From: a bacterium | GTDB lineage: Bacteria > Patescibacteriota > Minisyncoccia > Phycocordibacterales > UBA2100 | DNA: 64,000 bases | Reading direction: 5' to 3' | Assembly (NCBI GenBank): GCA_009924895.1 | Contig: RFQR01000002.1 | Coordinates: 1,368 to 65,367, forward strand | In this document: positions 56,396-64,000 of the stretch, one piece after another | How positions within the stretch are numbered: the first letter of the stretch is position 1 | How the letters are laid out: every line of letters starts with the position of its first letter | Program-made: the position numbers and the translations under genes | The notes under the pieces: generated by a model | The model's database searches: none | What the model was told of the DNA's origin: nothing | What the model saw: the letters and a program-made list of their open reading frames with translations, nothing else

Positions 56396-56863
56396 TGGAA
56401 AACGATGAGCCGTTTTTGCGAATGGCGATAGAGAACTCAAAAAAAATCTATGAACGGCAGGAACTTTCCCGCGGGGGCAGTGGTTGTAAAAGATGGAGAA
56501 GTGATCTCGTCCGAAATCAGTTCGCCGTACCCTGGACTTTTTCATGCGGACTCTAAAGCTGTGTCAACAGCGTTTCAAAAAAGTGGCGTCCAGAAAGGCG
56601 CAATCTTGTATGTGGGTCTTGAGCCGTGTCTCATGTGTACCAGTGTTGCGTATTGGGCAGGGATACGCCGCATTGTATTTGCTATACCGAAGTCCAACGT
56701 GTCCAGTAATTACTATGAGACGCATAACGATACTCACAATGTTGTCGCAGCGTTTAATGAGTATATGAACATCGTTCACTTGAAATCACTGGAGCCGGAG
56801 GTATTGGAGGTCGTGAGGAAGTGGGAGAACAACCACTCGACGGATCTATCGTCAGTTATTTAG
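56396..56863 (+). pseudogene. CMP/dCMP-deaminase-family zinc deaminase (TadA-like), reading frame split by a +1 shift in an A8 homopolymer (56437..56444)
   Basis: Frame A gives MENDEPFLRMAIENSKKIYERQ. Frame B (ORF track 56450..56863) gives NGRNFPAGAVVVKDGEVIS...HADSKA...GLEPCLMCTS. Removing one A fuses them into a canonical TadA-like N-terminus. The catalytic motif reads HAD, not HAE. Confidence 0.55.
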
Positions 56864-56887
56864 AATGGCTCAGGATTTTACTGAGTA

Positions 56888-57208
56888 CTATTTCCCCCTC
56901 AACCCCTCATCAACCGCCTGACGATTTTTCTCGCCATAGTCGATAACCACCTCGATAAACGGTGGGCGACCGATGCCAGCTTTGTGAATAAAGGCTTTGA
57001 GCTCGGTGCGATTGCGTTTTGCAAATGCAAGCGCATCTTGTTCTGCTGACTCTGGCATCACTGAAATATAAATTGTCGAGTTTTTGAGATCGGGAGAAAC
57101 ATCTGCTCGTGTCACCGTGATGAGCGACGTTCCGTTTGATTCGCGCACAAAAAACTCTGCCGCATAGTGGGCAAGGGCTTCAGCTATTTGGATACGTCGG
57201 TGGTTCAT
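56888..57208 (-). CDS. rbfA: ribosome-binding factor A
   Basis: RIQIAEALAHYAAEFFVRESNGTSLITVTRADVSPDLKNSTIYISV is an RbfA KH-like pattern. Overlaps the infB stop. Confidence 0.8.
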   Translation of the reverse strand: MNHRRIQIAEALAHYAAEFFVRESNGTSLITVTRADVSPDLKNSTIYISVMPESAEQDALAFAKRNRTELKAFIHKAGIGRPPFIEVVIDYGEKNRQAVDEGLRGK

Positions 57209-58704
57209 ATAGTTTTTCGTTCAACATGTTCGAGGATATCGCCACTTGCAAGTTCCGCTTCAATCTCGACTTCGATACCGCACTCTGCCCCTGATTCTAC
57301 TTTGCTGACGTTTTGCCGATTGCTCTGCATGTTGAGTACGGTTCCTTCGCCTAAGATTTCACCGCGTCGCACCGCACGAACTGTCTTTCCTGCAGAAAAA
57401 TACCCCTCAAGAACAGAACACCCTATTAAATGCACGTTTCGCTTCTCGGAAAAGAGTTTCAAGACACGTGCTTTGCCAAGAATAGTTTCGATAGTTCGCT
57501 TCGGTGCTGACTTACGCATCAGTTCTTCAACACGCTCAGTCATTTTATAAATAATTGAAAAGGTCTCAATGCGAACACCGTCACGCTGCGCTAAAACATG
57601 CGCCATGGTATCGGTTGAGGCATTAAAACCAATAACAAATGGATTAGGACTCTTTGTGGCAACCGCAGTCTTCACATCGCTTTCCGTTATAGTACCGACC
57701 CCTTCTTGTACCACCGTCACTCCCATGTGCTCATCGCCGAGCTTGCCCAGTTCGAGTCGAATTGCCTCCAGAGTGCCGCTTGCGTCAGCGCGAACGACGA
57801 CAGGGAAGAGAAATCTACCCTCAGCGTTTTGAGCAAACACAGGCACGGTTGCCTTTGCCTTTTCTTCTGCAGCAGTTGCTTCAGCTTCTTTTTTACTCTC
57901 AAATGAAACAAACGTTGAACCAACATTAGGCATTTCATCAAATCCAACAATGGTAACCGGAGTAGAAAAGCTCGCAGATTTGAGCGTTTTGCCCGCATGA
58001 TTTTCCATCAGCCGCACCGGTGCAACGCCGCTCCCAGCGCAAATCGCCATACCGGTCAGAAGTGTGCCATTGGTAATAATGAGTGTTGCGGCGAGCCCGC
58101 GTTTTGGGTCGCGATGCGCCTCGATTACATAGCCACTCGCGAGCGCCTTTGGATCAGCCCGTAACTCTTCAAGCTCAGCGACAATAAGAATGAGGTTTAG
58201 CAGTTCGTCTACCCCCGCACCACTTTTCGCAGAAATTGCAGCCCATGAAATGTCTCCACCAAGCTTTTCGAGATAGACACCGTGTTCGGCAAGAGAGTTT
58301 TGAGTGCGCATGACATCGGCATTTGGCTTATCGATTTTGTTGATTGCGACAACAAACGGAATGCCCGATTGTTTGATACTCTCGAGCGCTTCAAGCGTTT
58401 GTGCTTTTACTCCGTCATCTGCCGCGACTACCAAGATGGCGATGTCGGCTGCGTTTGCTCCGCGTGCGCGAATTGCCTGAAAGGCGGCGTGTCCCGGAGT
58501 GTCGATAAAGGTAATGCGCTTTTTGACACCATCTTTTTCATGTTCAACTTCGTATGCGGCAACATGCTGCGTGATGCCACCTGCCTCTTTGGCGACAGTG
58601 TTTGTTTTTCGAATATAGTCTAAAAGCGTCGATTTACCATGATCGACATGTCCCATGACAACCACAATAGGCGGGCGTTCGATGTGTCCAGGTTGTTCTG
58701 TCAT
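57205..58704 (-). CDS. infB: translation initiation factor IF-2 (short form, no N-terminal extension)
   Basis: G-domain VVVMGHVDHGKSTLLD, DTPGH, NKID. C-terminal beta-barrels. Confidence 0.9.
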   Translation of the reverse strand: MTEQPGHIERPPIVVVMGHVDHGKSTLLDYIRKTNTVAKEAGGITQHVAAYEVEHEKDGVKKRITFIDTPGHAAFQAIRARGANAADIAILVVAADDGVKAQTLEALESIKQSGIPFVVAINKIDKPNADVMRTQNSLAEHGVYLEKLGGDISWAAISAKSGAGVDELLNLILIVAELEELRADPKALASGYVIEAHRDPKRGLAATLIITNGTLLTGMAICAGSGVAPVRLMENHAGKTLKSASFSTPVTIVGFDEMPNVGSTFVSFESKKEAEATAAEEKAKATVPVFAQNAEGRFLFPVVVRADASGTLEAIRLELGKLGDEHMGVTVVQEGVGTITESDVKTAVATKSPNPFVIGFNASTDTMAHVLAQRDGVRIETFSIIYKMTERVEELMRKSAPKRTIETILGKARVLKLFSEKRNVHLIGCSVLEGYFSAGKTVRAVRRGEILGEGTVLNMQSNRQNVSKVESGAECGIEVEIEAELASGDILEHVERKTI

Positions 58705-58797
58705 AGGGTAGGGGGCGCATAGAAAAGCGTGAACGACAGTATAACATTGTTTGATTCGATTTGCACTTTTTCCGCCTATTTGCTACACTCTTGCGGC

Positions 58798-59484
58798 ATG
58801 TCATCAATTCAAACAACTGCACTTACCGACGCCGGTTCGCACATCGGTTATTCGCGTACGCGCCGCCATCCGACCGCGCAAAAATTTCTTTTAGGCACGA
58901 AAGATCGTACTGATATTTTTAATGTAGAAAATTCGACAAAACTCCTTGAAAAAGCTATTGAATTTGTAAAAGCAACCGCATCTACCGGTCGCCAGGTGCT
59001 TTTTGTTGGAGGCAAGGCGGAAGTTCAGGTTGCACTGAAGCGCGCTGCTGAAAAAGTAGCTATGCCGTATGTTGCAGGGCGCTGGGTAGGAGGAACGCTG
59101 ACCAACTTTAAAAACATTCGAGGTCGTATTGATCGTCTTGTAAAACTCATGGACGAACGCGAGAAAGGCGAACTCATCAAGTACACGAAGCGTGAACGCC
59201 TCATGATTGACCGTGAAATCGACGAACTTCTTGCACGCTTCGGTGGTCTTATTTCGATGAAAGAAAAGCCTATGGCGCTCTTCGTGATTGACCCGCGCCA
59301 TGAGCACACGGCAGTGCGTGAAGCAAATCAGCTTGGCATTCCTGTTGTGGCTCTCGCTTCTTCCGACTGTGATTTTTCTATGCTTCAGTATCCGGTTCCC
59401 GGTAATGATGCAACAAGTAAGAGTATTGCCTATGTTATCGGCATCATCGTCGATGCGTTTTTAGCCGGTAAAAAGGCAGCGTAA
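58798..59484 (+). CDS. rpsB: 30S ribosomal protein S2
   Basis: AGSHIGY..TRRHP..KFLLGTKDRTDIFNVENS...VLFVGGK matches S2. Start at the internal Met of the ORF-track ORF. Confidence 0.85.
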   Translation: MSSIQTTALTDAGSHIGYSRTRRHPTAQKFLLGTKDRTDIFNVENSTKLLEKAIEFVKATASTGRQVLFVGGKAEVQVALKRAAEKVAMPYVAGRWVGGTLTNFKNIRGRIDRLVKLMDEREKGELIKYTKRERLMIDREIDELLARFGGLISMKEKPMALFVIDPRHEHTAVREANQLGIPVVALASSDCDFSMLQYPVPGNDATSKSIAYVIGIIVDAFLAGKKAA

Positions 59485-59547
59485 GCGTGCACTTTTCCAC
59501 CGCGTGTAAATTGTCGTTTTCCTTTTATCATTTATAGTGTTCTTTAT

Positions 59548-60135
59548 ATGGCAGAAATCACAACCGATGTTATCAAAGCTCTTCGTGACGAAACGAAAGT
59601 ATCAGTCATGCAGTGCAAAAAAGCGCTCGAAGAAGCGGGAGGCGATGTTGAAAAAGCGAAAGTTATCTTGCGTAAAATTTCTGCGCAGGCATCAGCAAAA
59701 AAAGCAGATCGAGAGTTGGGAGCTGGTACTGCAGCTGCCTATGTCCATGCTGGCGGTCAGGTTGTAGGCGCCGTTGTTCTTTCTTGTGAGACCGATTTTG
59801 TCTCAAAAAATGAAGAGTTCATGAAACTAGCAAAAGATATCGCAATGCACGTTGCTGCGATGGCGCCGCAGTTTTTGAACCGAGATCAGGTGCGTGATGA
59901 AGACACAAAGGCGGCAAAAGAGGTCTTTATGGGTGAAGTTGCGAATATTCCCGAAGGAAAGCGTGAAGTTGCGCTTCAGGGCAAGATTGATAGTTATTTG
60001 AAAGACAAGGTGCTTCTCGACCAACCGTTCGTAAAAGATCCTGCCGTCACTATCCAGGGGCTGCTCGACAATGCGGTGCAAAAGTTTGGGGAAAAGACGG
60101 TCATCACTCGCTTTGAGCGCCTGTCGGTGAAATAA
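59548..60135 (+). CDS. tsf: elongation factor Ts
   Basis: UBA-like N-terminus ITTDVIKALRDETKVSVMQCKKALEEAGGDVEKA. Downstream of rpsB. Confidence 0.9.
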   Translation: MAEITTDVIKALRDETKVSVMQCKKALEEAGGDVEKAKVILRKISAQASAKKADRELGAGTAAAYVHAGGQVVGAVVLSCETDFVSKNEEFMKLAKDIAMHVAAMAPQFLNRDQVRDEDTKAAKEVFMGEVANIPEGKREVALQGKIDSYLKDKVLLDQPFVKDPAVTIQGLLDNAVQKFGEKTVITRFERLSVK

Positions 60136-60138
60136 CGT

Positions 60139-60546
60139 ATGGTGGCTTTCGCCGTTGGAACATTCTTCTTCTCTCTTGTCGGTATCGTCTCGTTGTTCTC
60201 ACTCAAACGCTATGAAGTTGCGCGCGGCTTGGTGCTCTGGGCGCCATATCGGGCGCAGGCTGATGACTATGCGCGCGCGCTCAAGCATGCTGCAATCAGT
60301 CTCGAGCAAGAAATGGTAACGTGGCCGCCCAAGGGTAACTTAATCTGCCGTTATTTCATACATCGTGCTGCTCTCGCGAGTGCGCGCGGTTTTAATGCGG
60401 CAGAGCAATGGGCGCACCGCCTTGCAGACCGCGTCTCGCACCGCCATGGTTTTGAGCGCCGTGAGACACGCTCGCGGTTTTTGAAAGAAGTATCAAATGG
60501 TGTCGGCAAAAGATCGGCGCAAGAGCTTGAAAAAAGTGAGGAATGA
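60139..60546 (+). CDS. hypothetical protein with N-terminal TM helix (135 aa)
   Basis: ORF track only. Confidence 0.35.
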   Translation: MVAFAVGTFFFSLVGIVSLFSLKRYEVARGLVLWAPYRAQADDYARALKHAAISLEQEMVTWPPKGNLICRYFIHRAALASARGFNAAEQWAHRLADRVSHRHGFERRETRSRFLKEVSNGVGKRSAQELEKSEE

Positions 60547-60618
60547 AGGCACAATTGCAATGCCCTAAAACTTTTGCACAGCAAAAGTTCGGGCGAACGT
60601 TTTTTACAAAACGTTTTA

Positions 60619-60691
60619 GCCGGGATAGCTCAGTTGGTAGAGCAACTCTTTTGTAAAGAGAAGGTCCCCGGTTCAAGTCCGGGTCCCGGCT
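60619..60691 (+). tRNA. tRNA-Thr (UGU)
   Basis: gccgggatagctcagttggtagagcaactcttTTGTaaagagaaggtccccggttcaagtccgggtcccggct. Resembles canonical tRNA-Thr(UGU). Confidence 0.85.
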
Positions 60692-60705
60692 CTCAGAAAT
60701 TAAAG

Positions 60706-61401
60706 TTACTGTTTTTCTTTCGTACTCGTCGAGCTTGGGAGTTTTTTGAGGGCGGGGGCGATTTTTTCCATATCCTCGATACTCTTGAAGCCATAGTACG
60801 GCGTACCTTGAATGACGAGTGCTGGTAGCTCGCCGTCGAGATCGTGGATAGCAGTAAGTGTTTTAAGTGCGGAGAGGTCGAGGTTATAGTCAAATGAATA
60901 GACGCGCAGTGTTGGATATTTTTCAGCAAGCGCCGTGAGTACATACCCCTGACGCTCACAGTCTTTGCAATCTCCCGTGTTTGAATAGAAATAGAGAATT
61001 ACGACTGGTTTCAATTTGCACTTTGCCGCCACTTTTTGAATCAGCAAAATGTCTTTAATTTCAAGCAGCGAGTAGTAGCGTTTGAGGCGCAAGAGCTCTT
61101 CGTCGTTCGCGCCGCGATTATTTTCAAGATAGGAGAGCCGTTCACCAAGTGGCTGAAGCTCGCGCGAGAGAACAGAATTTTCAGCGATGTCTTTGCATGA
61201 GTGTTCAGCAAGCAAATCAAACTGTGTTTCGAGAGAAAGAATATCAATCGCGATTTGATCCTGCGTTGTACGTACATTAACTACTCGCTTACTATTAAAA
61301 TAGTTTGAAATGTAAAATGCAGTTGCAAATACAAGCGCGGTAATTGCAAATGCAGTCAGATAGGTGGTTGTTTTTGGGGTACGCATAAAGATCATCGCCA
61401 T
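60706..61401 (-). CDS. membrane-anchored thioredoxin-fold protein with a CxxC motif (DsbA/thiol-disulfide oxidoreductase-like)
   Basis: N-terminal TM, coiled-coil spacer, then VVILYFYSNTGDCKDCERQGYVL (CKDC). Confidence 0.45.
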   Translation of the reverse strand: MAMIFMRTPKTTTYLTAFAITALVFATAFYISNYFNSKRVVNVRTTQDQIAIDILSLETQFDLLAEHSCKDIAENSVLSRELQPLGERLSYLENNRGANDEELLRLKRYYSLLEIKDILLIQKVAAKCKLKPVVILYFYSNTGDCKDCERQGYVLTALAEKYPTLRVYSFDYNLDLSALKTLTAIHDLDGELPALVIQGTPYYGFKSIEDMEKIAPALKKLPSSTSTKEKQ

Positions 61402-62606
61402 TTCACGCCGGTATTAAGTGCAGCGCGAACGACGGCAATTGTGAGCCATAATGGCACAATAAAGCCATAGAGCACAAGGAATACCGGCGTAGAGAGCGGT
61501 GGATAGCGATGACCTGAGAGTCGGGAGCCGATCACGATGAGCGTAATTGCAGATGCAAGCGACGCGAGCGACAAGAGCAAGATGACACTCGTATTGACGT
61601 AAAAGAGTGAGGGGGCGACGGGCGCGTGGAACCCGAGGATTGAAAAGCGTACCAGTATATGCTGGAGTGCATTCCCGAGGCCCCACAGTACGTGAGTTGC
61701 AAGCAAAATCGCAGAAAAGATAGAAATAACCGCCGTTGGTAAGACGATAAGTCCTAAGTTACCATAGGTAGGATTGCCAAACATGTGACGATAATCAAGC
61801 GCGTTGCGAAGAAACCCGTATGTCCAACGAACGCGTTGTCTTATAAGCGTGCGTAGTGTTGCTGGTGTTGTTGTTTCGACGCGGGCGAGCGGCACGTTCA
61901 CAATACGATACCCATGCTCCTGGAGTCGCATACCCATTTCCATATCTTCGGTCGAGTGTGCGTGCTTCCACCCGCCGACAGCGCGTACTGCGCTCACGCG
62001 TAAGAACGAAAAGGGACCCGGCGTGATAAAGACTGACCCGATTGCGGCGAGTGCAAAACGGTGAAAAATGGAGAGGCGGTATTCAACGTTTTGGATGTGC
62101 TGCAGCGTTGATCTAGGTTCACGAACGATAATCCCCGGTGTGACTGCTGCAACATCCGCATCGGTAAATCCGGTAATGATGTGACGGAGTGCATCGCTCT
62201 GTACTGTCGAATCTGCATCGAGACAGCCAATGAATTCGCTTTTTGTGTTGCTCAACACGAGATTGAGTGCGGTGTGCTTACCACCGTTTTTCTTTTTTAT
62301 GAGCGTAACGCGCGGATCAAACGTATATGCGCGCGCGATTTCATAGGTATTATCGGTTGAACCATCATCAACAATTGTTATCGACAATTTATCTTTTGGA
62401 TAGTCAAGTGCAAGGAGCGACGCAATAGAGCGTGCAATACCGGGTTCTTCGTTAAAGCATGGAACGACAATGGTTACTGTTGGTAGTTTTGAGTCCGGCA
62501 GAGGGGTCGCAGTTGACCGGCGAGAGTCGATAAATGAAATAAGCAAAAAAACCTCGAAATAGAGGGCCAAAAAGAGAGCTATGTACACAACAATGTCGAA
62601 TGACAT
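61392..62606 (-). CDS. processive family 2 glycosyltransferase (cellulose/chitin/hyaluronan synthase-like, integral membrane)
   Basis: TIVVPCFNEE, DDGSTD, DAD, QRVRW (Q-x-x-R-W) motifs. N- and C-terminal TM helices. Overlaps the downstream gene, which suggests an operon. Confidence 0.75.
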   Translation of the reverse strand: MSFDIVVYIALFLALYFEVFLLISFIDSRRSTATPLPDSKLPTVTIVVPCFNEEPGIARSIASLLALDYPKDKLSITIVDDGSTDNTYEIARAYTFDPRVTLIKKKNGGKHTALNLVLSNTKSEFIGCLDADSTVQSDALRHIITGFTDADVAAVTPGIIVREPRSTLQHIQNVEYRLSIFHRFALAAIGSVFITPGPFSFLRVSAVRAVGGWKHAHSTEDMEMGMRLQEHGYRIVNVPLARVETTTPATLRTLIRQRVRWTYGFLRNALDYRHMFGNPTYGNLGLIVLPTAVISIFSAILLATHVLWGLGNALQHILVRFSILGFHAPVAPSLFYVNTSVILLLSLASLASAITLIVIGSRLSGHRYPPLSTPVFLVLYGFIVPLWLTIAVVRAALNTGVKWR

Positions 62607-62684
62607 CGCAAATAATTATACCACGAAAAGCAAAAAAAAGATAGGTACGGTGAACAAGTTTGTCCGCCAAGAAGTCTCCCTATA

Positions 62685-63512
62685 GTGCAATCGCTACTAA
62701 ATTCAAGTACAATTCCGACAATGCCGCAAGGTCATGTGCACCCGATATCACACCTCATCCGCGCCGCGGTTGATATTTTTGGTCGCATGGGGTTTGCCTT
62801 TGCCGAAGGTCCGCTTCTCGAAGACGAATGGCACAATTTCGATGCACTGAATGTCCCCAAGAATCATCCAGCGCGTGATATGCAGGACACCTTTTTTATT
62901 AAAGACGATGCCCTAAACACTTCACACAGTGAAGTGTCGGGCGAACACCCTCAAGGAGAGGATGTTTTAGCCGGACATGTATTGCGTACGCATACTTCTC
63001 CGGTGCAATTGCGATACATGGAAGGGCAGGTGAAACAAGGAATAAAGCCACCGTACCGTGTCATTGTGCCGGGTAAAGTGTTTCGTAACGAAGCAACTGA
63101 CATGACCCATGAAGCGGAATTTTTTCAGCTTGAAGGATTGGCAGTAGGAGAGGATGTCACACTCGCGCATTTAAAAGGTACGCTCGAGCGCTTTTTTCGC
63201 GAACTCTTTCATGGCGCGAAAGTCGAAGTGCGTTTTCGCCCGAGTTTCTTTCCGTTTGTTGAGCCTGGTGTCGAAGTAGACATGCGATTGGTTGGTAAGA
63301 ATGTCCCTGAGAAATTACGCGACAAATGGATTGAAATGATGGGTGCAGGTATGATTCATCCTACTGTTTTGCAAAATGCGGGAGTTGATCCGAAGCAGTA
63401 TCAAGGTTTTGCATTTGGTATGGGTCTCGACCGTCTTGCGATGCTGCGATGGGGAATTGATGATGTGCGACTTATGCATTCAGCGGATCTGCGGTTCATC
63501 AACCAATTCTAA
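62685..63512 (+). CDS. pheS: phenylalanine--tRNA ligase alpha subunit (short form, catalytic core only)
   Basis: FDALNVPKNHPARDMQDTFF, class II motifs 2 and 3 (FRNE...; GAGMIHP...GFAFGMGLDRLAML). Confidence 0.85.
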   Translation: MQSLLNSSTIPTMPQGHVHPISHLIRAAVDIFGRMGFAFAEGPLLEDEWHNFDALNVPKNHPARDMQDTFFIKDDALNTSHSEVSGEHPQGEDVLAGHVLRTHTSPVQLRYMEGQVKQGIKPPYRVIVPGKVFRNEATDMTHEAEFFQLEGLAVGEDVTLAHLKGTLERFFRELFHGAKVEVRFRPSFFPFVEPGVEVDMRLVGKNVPEKLRDKWIEMMGAGMIHPTVLQNAGVDPKQYQGFAFGMGLDRLAMLRWGIDDVRLMHSADLRFINQF

Positions 63513-63514
63513 GT

Positions 63515-64000
63515 ATGAAAATCTCTCGCTTGTGGCTCCAAACATGGTTTGAAAAAGAACTTCCACCCGTAGAAGAGCTTTCAACGGCGCTCACCTTTCA
63601 CGCATTTGAAATTGACGGGGTTGAGGATGATGTCTTAGATGTTAAAGTGACACCAAACCGCGGACATGACTGTTTGTCATATCGCGGTATCGCGAAAGAA
63701 ATTTCTGCGATTTTGCAGATACCACTCAAGGCTCGTCCAGAATTTGACCTTGCGAAAAAGACTGATGCTATTTCTATTACACTTTCGACACCACAATGCC
63801 ACCGTTTCGTTGCGGGATACATAAAGAATGTAAATGTCGCTCCTTCTCCTGCATGGCTCAAAGATGCGCTTGAAAAACAGGGGCAGCGCTCTATCAACAA
63901 CGTTGTCGATGTTACGAACTATGTAATGTTCAACATCGGACAACCGCTCCACGCCTTTGATGCAGGTCAACTGAAAGAGAGTAATGGTACCTATGCGTTT
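63515..64000 (+). CDS. pheT: phenylalanine--tRNA ligase beta subunit (5' part; continues beyond the window)
   Basis: MKISRLWLQTWFEKELPPVEELSTALTFHAFEIDGVED... is typical of the PheT N-terminus. 2-nt gap after pheS. No stop before the window end. Confidence 0.8.
   Translation, partial: MKISRLWLQTWFEKELPPVEELSTALTFHAFEIDGVEDDVLDVKVTPNRGHDCLSYRGIAKEISAILQIPLKARPEFDLAKKTDAISITLSTPQCHRFVAGYIKNVNVAPSPAWLKDALEKQGQRSINNVVDVTNYVMFNIGQPLHAFDAGQLKESNGTYAF

Noticed and set aside
56126-56545. 139-aa minus-strand ORF overlapping tRNA-Leu(UAA), its terminator and the hairpin-rich leader
   Set aside because: It overlaps a tRNA gene on the opposite strand and the start of the deaminase. The translation is Arg/Pro-rich and low-complexity. 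The DNA is more plausibly non-coding structured RNA.

Overview
This is a 64-kb bacterial chromosomal window that mixes conserved housekeeping genes with an apparent accessory region centred on a tRNA cluster.

Housekeeping content includes valS, tsaD, tsaC, a zur-znuACB zinc-uptake operon, pyrF-pyrE, trxB, ftsA-ftsZ, ybeY, rpsU, hisS, lepB, pth, rpsA, gyrA, prs, rbfA-infB, rpsB-tsf and pheST. Nine tRNA genes are present.

Between about 15 and 27 kb there are three main mobile-element signals:
- a C-terminal fragment of a large serine recombinase, reduced to a pseudogene;
- two contiguous cassettes, each bracketed by inverted repeats of about 100 bp: an AT-rich SAM methyltransferase, then an intact 507-aa large serine recombinase whose 3' end abuts the CCA end of tRNA-Ser;
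- a pair of ~260-bp imperfect inverted repeats next to tRNA-Glu that enclose a 2-kb segment of small membrane-protein genes, convergently arranged, and a decayed HTH-type gene.

Other notable features:
- a tandem array of five paralogous small membrane proteins (signal peptide plus two TM helices) with VirB2/TrbC-pilin-like architecture;
- a tRNA-Leu(UAG)-like gene with non-canonical D/T loops, next to a ~134-bp tandem repeat;
- a 40-bp near-perfect palindrome embedded in the tsaD coding sequence;
- a TadA-like deaminase whose reading frame is broken in an A8 homopolymer;
- several hairpin-rich intergenic regions that may be ncRNAs.

The protein set has shortened ValRS, IF-2 and PheS and many small secreted or membrane proteins. 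By inference this suggests a reduced-genome lineage such as Patescibacteria/CPR.

All calls rest on reading the sequence and motif recognition. No database searches were run.
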